This document shows positions 55,545 through 64,000 of a DNA stretch of 64,000 nucleotides, in pieces (position 1 is the stretch's first letter; every line of letters starts with the position of its first letter). The DNA is taken from assembly GCA_022775085.1 (NCBI GenBank), contig JALFJQ010000002.1, forward strand, positions 7,681 through 71,680. Reading direction: 5' to 3'. The stretch is from Clostridiales bacterium (GTDB taxonomy: Bacteria > Bacillota > Clostridia > Oscillospirales > Oscillospiraceae). The notes beneath the pieces are model-generated. The model had not been told where the DNA came from. It did not search any database and worked only from the letters and a program-made list of their open reading frames with translations. A program made the position numbers and the translations under genes.

Positions 55545-56575
55545 TGAAACTCAATCCCCTGAAACCCATCCGTCATCAGATGACCGACGCCCTGTCGGAC
55601 AAGCTCACCGAGCAGATGAAACAGGACGCGGCCGGAGGAATGTCCGACGAGGAGGCCTTCTCCTTTGCCGAATTTGACGCCGAAAATGCGGAGCGGGGCG
55701 GTTATTCCGACTATTCCTACTGGAAATCCACCCTCCGGGCCTTCTTCAAAAACAAGGTCGCCGTGTTCTTCCTGTTCGTCATGGTGACGGTGCTGCTGTT
55801 CACCTTCATCCAGCCCTATCTTCCCAATCAGAAGGATCCTCTGCTGATTCACAACGACCAATGGGGCCTGCCCCTGAACAACGTGGCTCCCTGTGAGGAA
55901 TTCTGGTTTGGCACCAACGCCATCGGTCAGGATCTCTGGGCACGGATCTGGGCCGGCACCCGCACCTCCCTGTTCATCGGCTTCGCCGTAGCGGTGGTGG
56001 AGGCCGTGGTGGGCATCTTGGTGGGCGTGCTGTGGGGCTATGTCCGCAAGCTGGACTTCTTCTTCACCGAGCTGTATAACGTGCTGGACAACATCCCCCA
56101 GACCTTGCTTCTGATCCTCATTTCCTATGTGATGAATCCCGGCGTCAGCACCATCATCTTCGCCCTGTCCCTGACAGGCTGGCTGGGCATGGCCCGGTTC
56201 ATCCGCAACCAGATCATCATCATCCGTGACCGGGACTACAACCTGGCCTCCCGGTGCCTGGGCATCTCCACCGGACGGATCATTGTGAAAAACCTGCTTC
56301 CTTATCTGGTGTCCGTCATCACCATGCGGATGGCGCTGGCCATCCCCTCCGCCATCGGCAACGAGGTGTTCGTCACCTACATCGGCATCGGCCTGCCTGT
56401 GGACACGCCGTCTCTGGGCAACCTCATTCAGACCGGCCGTTCCCTGATGACCGTGGCCTCCCTGCGTTATCAGCTGTTCTTCCCCGTGGCCGTGCTGGTA
56501 GCCATTACCGTGTCCTTCTACATCATCGGCAACGCCTTCGCCGATGCCGCAGACCCCAAAAACCACGTCAGCTGA
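55544..56575 (+). CDS. peptide ABC transporter permease (DppC/OppC-type)
   Basis: 343-aa permease. Its start overlaps the previous stop (ATGA). Confidence 0.9.
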   Translation: MKLNPLKPIRHQMTDALSDKLTEQMKQDAAGGMSDEEAFSFAEFDAENAERGGYSDYSYWKSTLRAFFKNKVAVFFLFVMVTVLLFTFIQPYLPNQKDPLLIHNDQWGLPLNNVAPCEEFWFGTNAIGQDLWARIWAGTRTSLFIGFAVAVVEAVVGILVGVLWGYVRKLDFFFTELYNVLDNIPQTLLLILISYVMNPGVSTIIFALSLTGWLGMARFIRNQIIIIRDRDYNLASRCLGISTGRIIVKNLLPYLVSVITMRMALAIPSAIGNEVFVTYIGIGLPVDTPSLGNLIQTGRSLMTVASLRYQLFFPVAVLVAITVSFYIIGNAFADAADPKNHVS

Positions 56576-56588
56576 GGAGGGAATTGCT

Positions 56589-57635
56589 GTGGACGAAAAG
56601 AATGTGATCCTCTCCGTTCGGGATCTGAACGTGAAATTCACCCTGCGGGGCCAGGTGCTCCATGCCATCCGGGGCATTTCTCTGGATGTGCATCAGGGCG
56701 AGAGCCTCGCCATCGTGGGCGAGTCCGGCTCCGGTAAGTCCGTGTTCGTCAAGTGCGCCATGGGCCTTCTGGACGCCAACGGCTTTATTGACAGCGGATC
56801 CATCCTCTACAACGGCATGGATCTGACCAAATTCCGCACCGATAAGGACTGGCAGTCCATCCGTGGCCGGGAGATCGCCATGGTCTTTCAGGACCCCATG
56901 ACCTCCCTGAACCCTCTGAAAACCATCGGCAAACAGATTCAAGAGGCGGTGGAGCTGCATCAGGGCCTGAAGGGCAAGGCAGCCTACGACGCCGTGCTGG
57001 AGGTTTTGACGGATGTGGGCATCGACGACCCCCGGCGGCGGTACAAGCAGTACCCCCACGAGTTTTCCGGCGGTATGCGCCAGCGGGTGGTCATCGCCAT
57101 CGCCGTGGCCTGCCGCCCCCGCATCCTCATCTGCGATGAGCCTACCACCGCTCTGGACGTGACCATTCAGGCCCAGATCCTGGAGCTTATCAAAGCCATG
57201 CAGAAAAAATACGACCTCACCACCATCTACATCACCCACGATCTGGGTGTGGTGGCCAACGTGGCTGACCGGATCGCCGTCATGTACGCCGGCGACATCA
57301 TCGAGCTGGGCACCTGCGACGAGGTGTTCTACGACCCCCGGCACCCCTACACCTGGGCGCTATTGTCGTCTCTGCCCCAGCTGGGCGTCAAGAACGAGCC
57401 GCTGTACTCCATTCAGGGCACCCCGCCAAACCTGTTCCACGAGGTCAAGGGCGATGCCTTCGCCCCCAGAAACCCCAGAGCGCTGAAAATCGATTTTGTG
57501 GAGCGTCCGCCCCTCTTTGCGGTCACGCCGACCCACTTTGCCCGTACCTGGCTCATGGATCCCCGGGCTCCCAAGGTGGAGCCGCCGGAGCACGTCCGCG
57601 TTCTGCGGGAGAAAGGAGTGAACCGCGTTGGCTGA
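56589..57635 (+). CDS. peptide ABC transporter ATP-binding protein (DppD/OppD-type)
   Basis: Walker A GESGSGKS and signature FSGGMRQR. The GTG start at 56589 lies 8 nt after a GAGGAGGG RBS. An alternative ATG at 56544 would overlap the permease gene. Confidence 0.88.
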   Translation: MDEKNVILSVRDLNVKFTLRGQVLHAIRGISLDVHQGESLAIVGESGSGKSVFVKCAMGLLDANGFIDSGSILYNGMDLTKFRTDKDWQSIRGREIAMVFQDPMTSLNPLKTIGKQIQEAVELHQGLKGKAAYDAVLEVLTDVGIDDPRRRYKQYPHEFSGGMRQRVVIAIAVACRPRILICDEPTTALDVTIQAQILELIKAMQKKYDLTTIYITHDLGVVANVADRIAVMYAGDIIELGTCDEVFYDPRHPYTWALLSSLPQLGVKNEPLYSIQGTPPNLFHEVKGDAFAPRNPRALKIDFVERPPLFAVTPTHFARTWLMDPRAPKVEPPEHVRVLREKGVNRVG

Positions 57636-58563
57636 AGAAAGAAAGAAGCTGGTGGAGGTTCAGGACCTCACCGTCCGCTTTGGCTCCCGCCGCCATCCCT
57701 TCACCGCGGTGGATCAGGTCTCCTTCCACATCTATCAGGGCGAAACCTTCGGTCTGGTGGGCGAGTCCGGCTCCGGTAAGACCACCATCGGCCGTGCCAT
57801 CATCCGCATCCACCCCACCGCCGGCGGCAAAATCCTGTTTGACGGCAAGCAGATCAACGGCCGCATCCCCAAGGCCCTGGATCAGGAGGTCACCCGGCGG
57901 ATCCAGATGATCTTCCAGGACCCCATGTCCTCTTTGAACGAACGGGCCAAGGTGGGCTATATCGTCAGTGAGGGACTGTACGCCAGCGGCCACCACCTGT
58001 CCGAGGAGGAACGCAAGGCGAAGGTTGCCAAGGCTCTGTCCGACGTGGGATTGCTCCCCGAATTTGCCAGCCGGTTCCCCCACGAATTTTCCGGCGGTCA
58101 GCGCCAGCGCATCGGCATCGCCCGAGCACTGGTCATGGAACCGGACTTCATCATCGCTGACGAGCCGATTTCCGCTCTGGACGTGTCCATCCGGGCTCAG
58201 GTGCTGAACCTGCTGTCTCAGCTGCAGAAGGAGCGGAACCTGACCTATCTGTTCGTTGCCCACGACCTTTCGGTGGTCCGCTTTATCTGTGACCGGATCG
58301 CCGTCATCCACAAGGGTAAGATCGTGGAGCTGGCGGAAAGTGAGGAGCTGTTCGCTCATCCCCTGCACCCCTACACCCGGGCGCTGCTGTCCGCCATTCC
58401 CCAGCCGGACCCCATCGCGGAGCGGCAGAAAAAGCTCATCGTCTACGACCCCAGCTGCCACAACTACAGTAAGACCAACCAGCCCCACTGGTACGAGATC
58501 GTCCCCGGACATTTTATCCTCGCCAGTGAAGAAGAGCTGGAAGCTTATCGGAAACAGTTTTAA
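57628..58563 (+). CDS. peptide ABC transporter ATP-binding protein (DppF/OppF-type)
   Basis: Walker [10 protein letters not shown] and signature FSGGQRQR. The TTG start overlaps the previous stop. Confidence 0.88.
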   Translation: MAEERKKLVEVQDLTVRFGSRRHPFTAVDQVSFHIYQGETFGLVGESGSGKTTIGRAIIRIHPTAGGKILFDGKQINGRIPKALDQEVTRRIQMIFQDPMSSLNERAKVGYIVSEGLYASGHHLSEEERKAKVAKALSDVGLLPEFASRFPHEFSGGQRQRIGIARALVMEPDFIIADEPISALDVSIRAQVLNLLSQLQKERNLTYLFVAHDLSVVRFICDRIAVIHKGKIVELAESEELFAHPLHPYTRALLSAIPQPDPIAERQKKLIVYDPSCHNYSKTNQPHWYEIVPGHFILASEEELEAYRKQF

Positions 58564-58638
58564 GAGTCCCGTCGTACAGGCGGTCATCGGCCCTCTGTAC
58601 GGCCGCCTATTCCTTATATATATAAGAGGTAATCTGTC

Positions 58639-59556
58639 ATGATCGAACCCAAGCCTTTGTTTCCCGGTGCCCGGGTGGCACTGGTGGCTCCCGCCTCCGC
58701 CGTGCCGGAGGAACGGCTCCAGCCGGCCCTGGACCTGGTGCGTTCTCTGGGCATGGAGCCGGTACTGTACCCCTCCTGTTTTTTCGCCAACCGGGACGGC
58801 TATTTTGCCGCCACCGATGCCCAGCGGGCAGAGGATATAAACCGGGCCTTCGCCGACCCCGCCATTGACGGCGTGTGGTGTATCCGGGGCGGATACGGCG
58901 CCCACCGGCTTCTGCCCCTGCTGGATCTGGACACGATTCAAAACAATCCCAAGTGGTTCGGAGGCTATTCCGACATCACCGCCCTGCACACCGCCTTCAA
59001 CCAGCTGTGCGCTCTGGCAACCTACCACTGTACCATGCCCTCCACCGAGCCGCATCCCGATGAATACACCATGGGATACCTGAAAAAGGCCCTGTTCGGC
59101 GGTCTGTCCGGTGCCCTTTCCAACCCGGAGAGCCAGAGCGTCCGCACACTGGTGCCCGGTCAGGCGGAGGGGGTTCTCTGCGGCGGCAACCTGTCCCTGC
59201 TGGCGGCCTCCATCGGCACCCCCTGGGAGATTGACTGCAAGGATAAGATCCTGTTTCTGGAGGACATCGGTGAAAAAACCTACCGCATTGACGGAATGCT
59301 GACCCAGCTGCGCAACGCTGGAAAATTCCGGGACTGCGCCGGCATCGTGCTGGGAGCCTGGACGGACTGCGTCCCGGAGATCCCGGAGCGGACGCTGACT
59401 CTGGGGCAGATTTTTGACCAGCTCATCGTTCCGGCGGGAAAGCCCGCCGTCATGGATCTGGCCTGCGGCCACTGCGCCACCACCATGGCTCTGCCGCTTG
59501 GCAAAAAATGTCGTCTTAACGCAGATACCTGTGAAATTTCCGTGAAAGAAGGATAA
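58639..59556 (+). CDS. LD-carboxypeptidase (S66, muramoyltetrapeptide carboxypeptidase LdcA-like)
   Basis: GARVALVAPAS..., IRGGYGA and GYSDITALH (nucleophile Ser context) motifs, with C-terminal GHC...LPLG. Confidence 0.85.
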   Translation: MIEPKPLFPGARVALVAPASAVPEERLQPALDLVRSLGMEPVLYPSCFFANRDGYFAATDAQRAEDINRAFADPAIDGVWCIRGGYGAHRLLPLLDLDTIQNNPKWFGGYSDITALHTAFNQLCALATYHCTMPSTEPHPDEYTMGYLKKALFGGLSGALSNPESQSVRTLVPGQAEGVLCGGNLSLLAASIGTPWEIDCKDKILFLEDIGEKTYRIDGMLTQLRNAGKFRDCAGIVLGAWTDCVPEIPERTLTLGQIFDQLIVPAGKPAVMDLACGHCATTMALPLGKKCRLNADTCEISVKEG

Positions 59557-59558
59557 AA

Positions 59559-60362
59559 ATGGAAACTCTCACCCAGCGTCTGGAAGCGCTCATGGACGCG
59601 TTTCCAGCGAAAACCGCGCTGTACTGCGTGGAGCTCACCACCGGCGCACCCATCGCCGCCATCCGGGAGGATACCCGGGCTGTCTCCGCCTCCACCATTA
59701 AGGTGGCACTCCTGTGCTGCGCCCTTCAGGACGTGATGGAGGGAACGCTGACGCTGGAACAGTTTGTCCCCATTTCCGCCGGGGACTACTGCGATGACAC
59801 GGCAGTCTTTGAGCCGAACTACCGGCAGGATGGGGCCAGCCTTTGGGAAATGCTGTACTGGATGATCGTTTCCAGCGACAACACCGCTACCAACGCCGTG
59901 ATCTCCCTGTTGGGCTATGACCATGTGAACGCCTACTGCCGGAAACTCGGCCTGACCCAGACCAGTCTCCAGCGGAAAATGTTGGACTTTCAGGCCGTCG
60001 CGGAGGGGCGCAACAACTATACCTCTCTCAAAGACCTGTACCTGCTTTTCTCCGCACTGTACCGCGGGGAAATTCTGAACCAGCCCCTGCGGGACACCGC
60101 ACTGGACTTTCTGTCCCGCTGCCGCCACACCGACGGCCTGCAGCGCTACATCCCGGATCCTGTGGTTGTGGCCCATAAGCCCGGCGGGCTGGATCATCTG
60201 GACCACGACGCCGGCATCTTCCTGCTGAAGGACCGTCCCTATTATCTGGGCGTGTTCACCTGGGACGGCCCCGCGCTGGACGGTCAGCCTCAGCAGTGTC
60301 GGCTCATCGGACAGCTGTCCCGAATGGTCTATGACACCGTAAAAGGAGGAAACGCGGAATGA
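59559..60362 (+). CDS. class A beta-lactamase-like serine hydrolase
   Basis: SASTIK (SxxK), SSDNTATN (SDN) and HKPGG (KTG-like, with Pro) motifs. 267 aa with no obvious signal peptide. Confidence 0.7.
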   Translation: METLTQRLEALMDAFPAKTALYCVELTTGAPIAAIREDTRAVSASTIKVALLCCALQDVMEGTLTLEQFVPISAGDYCDDTAVFEPNYRQDGASLWEMLYWMIVSSDNTATNAVISLLGYDHVNAYCRKLGLTQTSLQRKMLDFQAVAEGRNNYTSLKDLYLLFSALYRGEILNQPLRDTALDFLSRCRHTDGLQRYIPDPVVVAHKPGGLDHLDHDAGIFLLKDRPYYLGVFTWDGPALDGQPQQCRLIGQLSRMVYDTVKGGNAE

Positions 60363-61177
60363 AAGCCATTGTTATCTCCCCGGTCTGTGCCCTGCTGGCC
60401 GCTCCTACCCGGGAGAGCACCCTGGTGGACGAGGCTCTGTACGGCATGGTGGTGGACATTCTGGAGGAGCCCGCCCCCGGCTGGTACCGGGTGCGCACCC
60501 ATTACCGCTACGAGGGCATCGTCTGCGGAAATGACCTTTTGATGGATGATGACGCTGCCGCCGCATGGGACGCGCTTCCGAAAAAAGTCGTCCGCAATAA
60601 GAATTTCTGCGATGTGCTGTCCGCCCCCAGGGTGCAGGGCTGGATCCTGGCATCCCTTCCCCGGGGCGCTGTGGTCTGTGCCGAGGGTCAGCCGGAAAAC
60701 GGCTGGCAAAAGGTGCATCTGGCGGATGGCCGCACCGGCTTCGTGCCGGAAAGCATTCTGGCTAAGCACCTGACCGGGCCTCTGTCTGACGATGAGGATA
60801 CTCTGCGGAAAGCGCTGGTGGATTCCGCCATGCTCTACCGGGGTACCCACTACCGCTGGGGCGGCAAGTCCCCCATGGGCATCGACTGCTCCGGTCTGGT
60901 CTCCATGGCCTATATGCTCTGCGGTATCCTCATTTACCGGGATGCCGACATCCGGGAAGGCTTCCCCATTCATGAAATTCCTGTGGAGGCCGTCAAGCCC
61001 GGTGATCTGCTGTTCTTTCCGGGCCATGTGGCAATGTACATCGGTCACGGACATTACTGCCACAGCACCGGCAGGAACGGAGACAACGGCTTCGCCATAA
61101 ACTCCCTGATCCCCAGCGACCCGGATTATCGGGACGACCTGCGCCGGAATATCACCCAGGTCGGCACCTATTTTTAA
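60359..61177 (+). CDS. NlpC/P60 (C40) peptidase with N-terminal SH3-like domains (YkfC-type gamma-D-glutamyl-L-diamino acid endopeptidase-like)
   Basis: YRWGGKSPMGIDCSGLVSMAY (catalytic Cys) and GHVAMYIGHGHYCHS (His) motifs. There is no signal peptide. Confidence 0.85.
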   Translation: MKAIVISPVCALLAAPTRESTLVDEALYGMVVDILEEPAPGWYRVRTHYRYEGIVCGNDLLMDDDAAAAWDALPKKVVRNKNFCDVLSAPRVQGWILASLPRGAVVCAEGQPENGWQKVHLADGRTGFVPESILAKHLTGPLSDDEDTLRKALVDSAMLYRGTHYRWGGKSPMGIDCSGLVSMAYMLCGILIYRDADIREGFPIHEIPVEAVKPGDLLFFPGHVAMYIGHGHYCHSTGRNGDNGFAINSLIPSDPDYRDDLRRNITQVGTYF

Positions 61178-61202
61178 CTGAAAACAGAAAGGATGAATCC
61201 AA

Positions 61203-62012
61203 ATGAAAGTATTCCTAAGCGCAGATATGGAAGGCACCTGCGGCATTGTCTGCTGGCCTGAGACCGAGAGAACCACATCCTTTGACTACAGTCCGCTGCA
61301 AAAGCAGATGACCCGCGAGGTTGCCGCCGCCTGCCGGGGCGCACTCGCCGCCGGTGCTGAGGAAGTTCTGGTGAAGGACTCCCACGATTCCGCCCGGAAC
61401 ATCGACCCCACCGTTCTGCCCCGGCACACCCGGATCCACCGGGGATGGTCCGGCGATCCCTTGAGCATGATGACGGGCCTCAATCAGGAGCACTTTGACG
61501 CCGTGTTCTTCACCGGCTATCACGCCTGGGTCAGCTGCCCCGGCAATCCCCTGAGCCACACCATGAATCTGCGCAACAACCGTGTCTGGCTGAATGGCAC
61601 CCTGTGCAGTGAATTCCTGCTCAATTCCTATACCGCAGGCTACTACGGTGTCCCCGTGGCCATGGTCACCGGCGATCAGGCCCTGTGCGACTTCGCAAAG
61701 ACCCTGATTCCCGCCATCACCACGGTTCCTGTGAACGTGGGCCGGGGCAACGGCACCACCTCCCTGCACCCGGATGAAGCTGTGGAGCGTATTGAAGCGG
61801 CTGCGAAGGAAGCTGCCGCCAAGGCGTCCCAGTGCGTCGTTCCCATGCCGGAGCACTTCCACATGGAGATCGACTTCATCAAGCATCACATGGCCTACTC
61901 CAAGAGCTTCTACCCCGGCGCCGTTCTCAAGGACGATAAGATCGTCTGCTTCGACTCCGATGACTGGTTTGAGATCCTGCGGTTCTGTCACTTCGTCCTC
62001 AGCGACGCCTGA
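61203..62012 (+). CDS. dppA: M55-family D-aminopeptidase (DppA-like)
   Basis: MKVFLSADMEGTCGI N-terminus and the overall 269-aa layout are typical of DppA/M55. Confidence 0.85.
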   Translation: MKVFLSADMEGTCGIVCWPETERTTSFDYSPLQKQMTREVAAACRGALAAGAEEVLVKDSHDSARNIDPTVLPRHTRIHRGWSGDPLSMMTGLNQEHFDAVFFTGYHAWVSCPGNPLSHTMNLRNNRVWLNGTLCSEFLLNSYTAGYYGVPVAMVTGDQALCDFAKTLIPAITTVPVNVGRGNGTTSLHPDEAVERIEAAAKEAAAKASQCVVPMPEHFHMEIDFIKHHMAYSKSFYPGAVLKDDKIVCFDSDDWFEILRFCHFVLSDA

Positions 62013-62050
62013 TAAAAGCAGAAATACGCATCTGCCTATAACGGTTTTCC

Positions 62051-62081
62051 GCCCGTACAGCCCCTGCTGTACGGGCTTTTT
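62051..62081 (+). terminator. rho-independent terminator
   Basis: gcccgtacagc-ccct-gctgtacgggc followed by ttttt. Confidence 0.8.
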
Positions 62082-62197
62082 CTAAGTTTCCTGAAAACTT
62101 TACATAGATTTTACACAGGTTTTGCATAGATTCCATGGATTTTACAAAGGTGTGGAATTATGATTGTCGTAGAATTCAAACTATAAGGAGAATGTCT

Positions 62198-63970
62198 ATG
62201 ACAGTCTATCTATTAAAGCTGATTTCCCTGCTGGGCGGACTGGCTCTGTTCCTGTTCGGCATGGATACCATGGGAAAGGCCCTGGAACGCACTGCCGGCG
62301 GCAAATTACAGACCATCCTCGCCAAGATGAGCTCCAGCGTGCCCAAGGGCTTCCTGCTGGGTCTGGCGGTCACCGCCGTCATTCAGTCCTCCTCGGCAAC
62401 CACTGTCATGGTGGTGGGCTTCGTCAACTCCGGCATCATGACGCTGAAACAGGCTGTGGGTGTCATCATGGGCAGCAACGTTGGCACTACCGTCACCGCC
62501 TGGATTCTCTCCTTAAGCGGTCTGGAAGGCGACAGCTTCCTGGTGCAGGTGCTCAAGCCCTCCACCCTGGCCCCCTTGCTCGGTACCACCGGTATCATCC
62601 TCTATATGTTCATGAAATCCGAGAAAAGCAAGAATATCGGCACGATCTTACTGGGCTTTATGGCATTGATGACCGGCATGGAGCTGATGAGCGGCTCTAT
62701 GAAATTTCTTAAGGATGAAGCGTGGTTCGCTCAGCTGATGGTATCCTTCAGCAACCCCATCATCGGCATTCTGGTGGGCGCCGCGCTGACTGCCATTATT
62801 CAGTCCTCCTCCGCCTCCGTGGGTATTTTGCAGAGTATGTGCTCCACCGGGGCAGTGAGCTTCGGCTGCGCTATCCCTGTGATCCTGGGCCAGAACATCG
62901 GCACCTGCGTCACCGCCATGATGGGCTCCATCGGTGCCAACAAGAACGCCCGCCGCACCGCCATGGTTCACCTGTACTTCAACATCATTGGCACCCTGAT
63001 TTTCCTGGTGCTGTTCTATGGGCTGGGCCTGTTCTTCCCCTGGAAGTTCCTGAATGAAGCCTGCAATGAGATGAACATCGCGGTCATTCACACCGCCTTC
63101 AACATTGCCGCCACCGCCATTCTGCTGCCGATGAACGGACTGCTGGTAAAACTGGCAACCCTGTCCGTTCCCGACGACAAGCAGGAGGAAAAGACGGAGC
63201 TTCTGGACGAGCGTCTGCTGGGCACCCCCGCCGTGGCCATCCAGCGGGCACATGAGATCGCCGTCCGCATGGCAGAAGATGCCGCGGAAGCCATGGATCT
63301 TGCCATGGGCCTGACCCGGGAATTTGACAGCACAACCATGGAGCAGGTGCTCTCTCTGGAGGACAGCACTGACCGCTACGAGGATGCGCTGGGAACCTAC
63401 CTTGTGAAGCTCTCCGGCATCAATCTGACTGTAGCCGACAACCGCATCCTCAACACGCTCCTGTACACCGTTTCCGACATCGAGCGTATCGCCGACCACG
63501 CAGTATCTGTGGGCCGGGCGGCGATGGAGATGAAGGAAAAGAATATTCAATTCTCCCAGCAGGCCCAGGCCGAGCTGGCGGTGCTGGAACGGGCGGTATC
63601 CGACATTCTCAGCCGCACGGTGGATTCTTACCGGTGCTTTGACCGGAACCTTGCCATGAAGGTGGAGCCTCAGGAACAGGTGGTGGACGCGCTGGTGCGG
63701 GAGGTCAAATCCCGGCACATCCGCCGTCTGCGGGACGGGCTGTGCAGCGTGGAGTACGGCTTCGTACTGGAAGACCTGCTCACCGCCTTTGAGCGTTCTG
63801 CCGACCACTGCTCCAATGTGGCTGTGGAAATTTTGCAGGTAGCCGAGGGTAAGCTGGAAGCCCACGAATATCTGAACTCGCTGAAATCCGGCGAGCTTCA
63901 GGAAAGCGCGGCTTTCGCCGAACGCTTCGCCCGGTACAAGGCCCAGTACGCCTTCCCGGAGGAAAAATAA
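62198..63970 (+). CDS. Na+/phosphate cotransporter family protein with C-terminal PhoU-like repeats
   Basis: LFLFGMDTMGKALE and QSSSATTVM / QSSSASVGIL repeats indicate a Na_Pi_cotrans domain. The helical C-terminal half is PhoU-like. The ATG at 62198 lies 7 nt after an AAGGAG RBS. Confidence 0.9.
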   Translation: MTVYLLKLISLLGGLALFLFGMDTMGKALERTAGGKLQTILAKMSSSVPKGFLLGLAVTAVIQSSSATTVMVVGFVNSGIMTLKQAVGVIMGSNVGTTVTAWILSLSGLEGDSFLVQVLKPSTLAPLLGTTGIILYMFMKSEKSKNIGTILLGFMALMTGMELMSGSMKFLKDEAWFAQLMVSFSNPIIGILVGAALTAIIQSSSASVGILQSMCSTGAVSFGCAIPVILGQNIGTCVTAMMGSIGANKNARRTAMVHLYFNIIGTLIFLVLFYGLGLFFPWKFLNEACNEMNIAVIHTAFNIAATAILLPMNGLLVKLATLSVPDDKQEEKTELLDERLLGTPAVAIQRAHEIAVRMAEDAAEAMDLAMGLTREFDSTTMEQVLSLEDSTDRYEDALGTYLVKLSGINLTVADNRILNTLLYTVSDIERIADHAVSVGRAAMEMKEKNIQFSQQAQAELAVLERAVSDILSRTVDSYRCFDRNLAMKVEPQEQVVDALVREVKSRHIRRLRDGLCSVEYGFVLEDLLTAFERSADHCSNVAVEILQVAEGKLEAHEYLNSLKSGELQESAAFAERFARYKAQYAFPEEK

Positions 63971-63975
63971 AAACA

Positions 63976-64000
63976 GTCCCGCCGGACACCCGGCGGGACT
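63976..64000 (+). terminator. hairpin terminator (cut by window end)
   Basis: agtcccgccgg-acac-ccggcgggact. The downstream T-run cannot be seen. Confidence 0.5.

Overview
This is a visibly GC-rich chromosomal segment; GC was not computed. Gene content and style fit a Gram-positive anaerobe of the Clostridia. An Oscillospiraceae/Ruminococcaceae-like origin is a low-confidence guess based on sporulation-type genes (pdaA-like, dacB-like, spoIIP), CIRCE-groESL, reverse rubrerythrin and the intergenic repeat style. About 55 protein genes are supported. They include thiN, groES-groEL with a perfect CIRCE operator, a DD-carboxypeptidase, a MATE exporter, an [FeFe]-hydrogenase-family protein and nrdR. 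A four-gene glycan module carries three tandem O-antigen-ligase-like paralogues plus a WbaP-type priming transferase. A PerR - reverse rubrerythrin - rubredoxin - unknown-protein operon is present, as is a CsoR-family / His-rich protein / CooT metal module. Further genes are a U32 peptidase, maf-mreC-mreD-mrdA, a DmpA-type aminopeptidase and a 1620-aa transglutaminase/LRR/Ig-like surface protein. There are two complete Opp/Dpp-type peptide ABC systems. The second is fused to an LD-carboxypeptidase / beta-lactamase-like / NlpC-P60 / DppA set that looks like a cell-wall peptide recycling locus. A maltodextrin-type ABC system sits with a LacI regulator and malQ. Also present are spoIIP, tadA, a small three-gene regulatory cassette, a DAG-kinase-family protein, a NUDIX hydrolase and a Na/Pi cotransporter. 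By eye there are no rRNA, tRNA or CRISPR features and no integrase or prophage genes. The intergenic space is unusually rich in at least four repeat families: GC-rich REP-like palindromes, a CCAATGGTGTAAC element that is also amplified into a 4 x 100 bp tandem array, and two MITE-like inverted-repeat elements. All functional calls rest on my reading of the translated ORFs and motif recognition. No database search was run.
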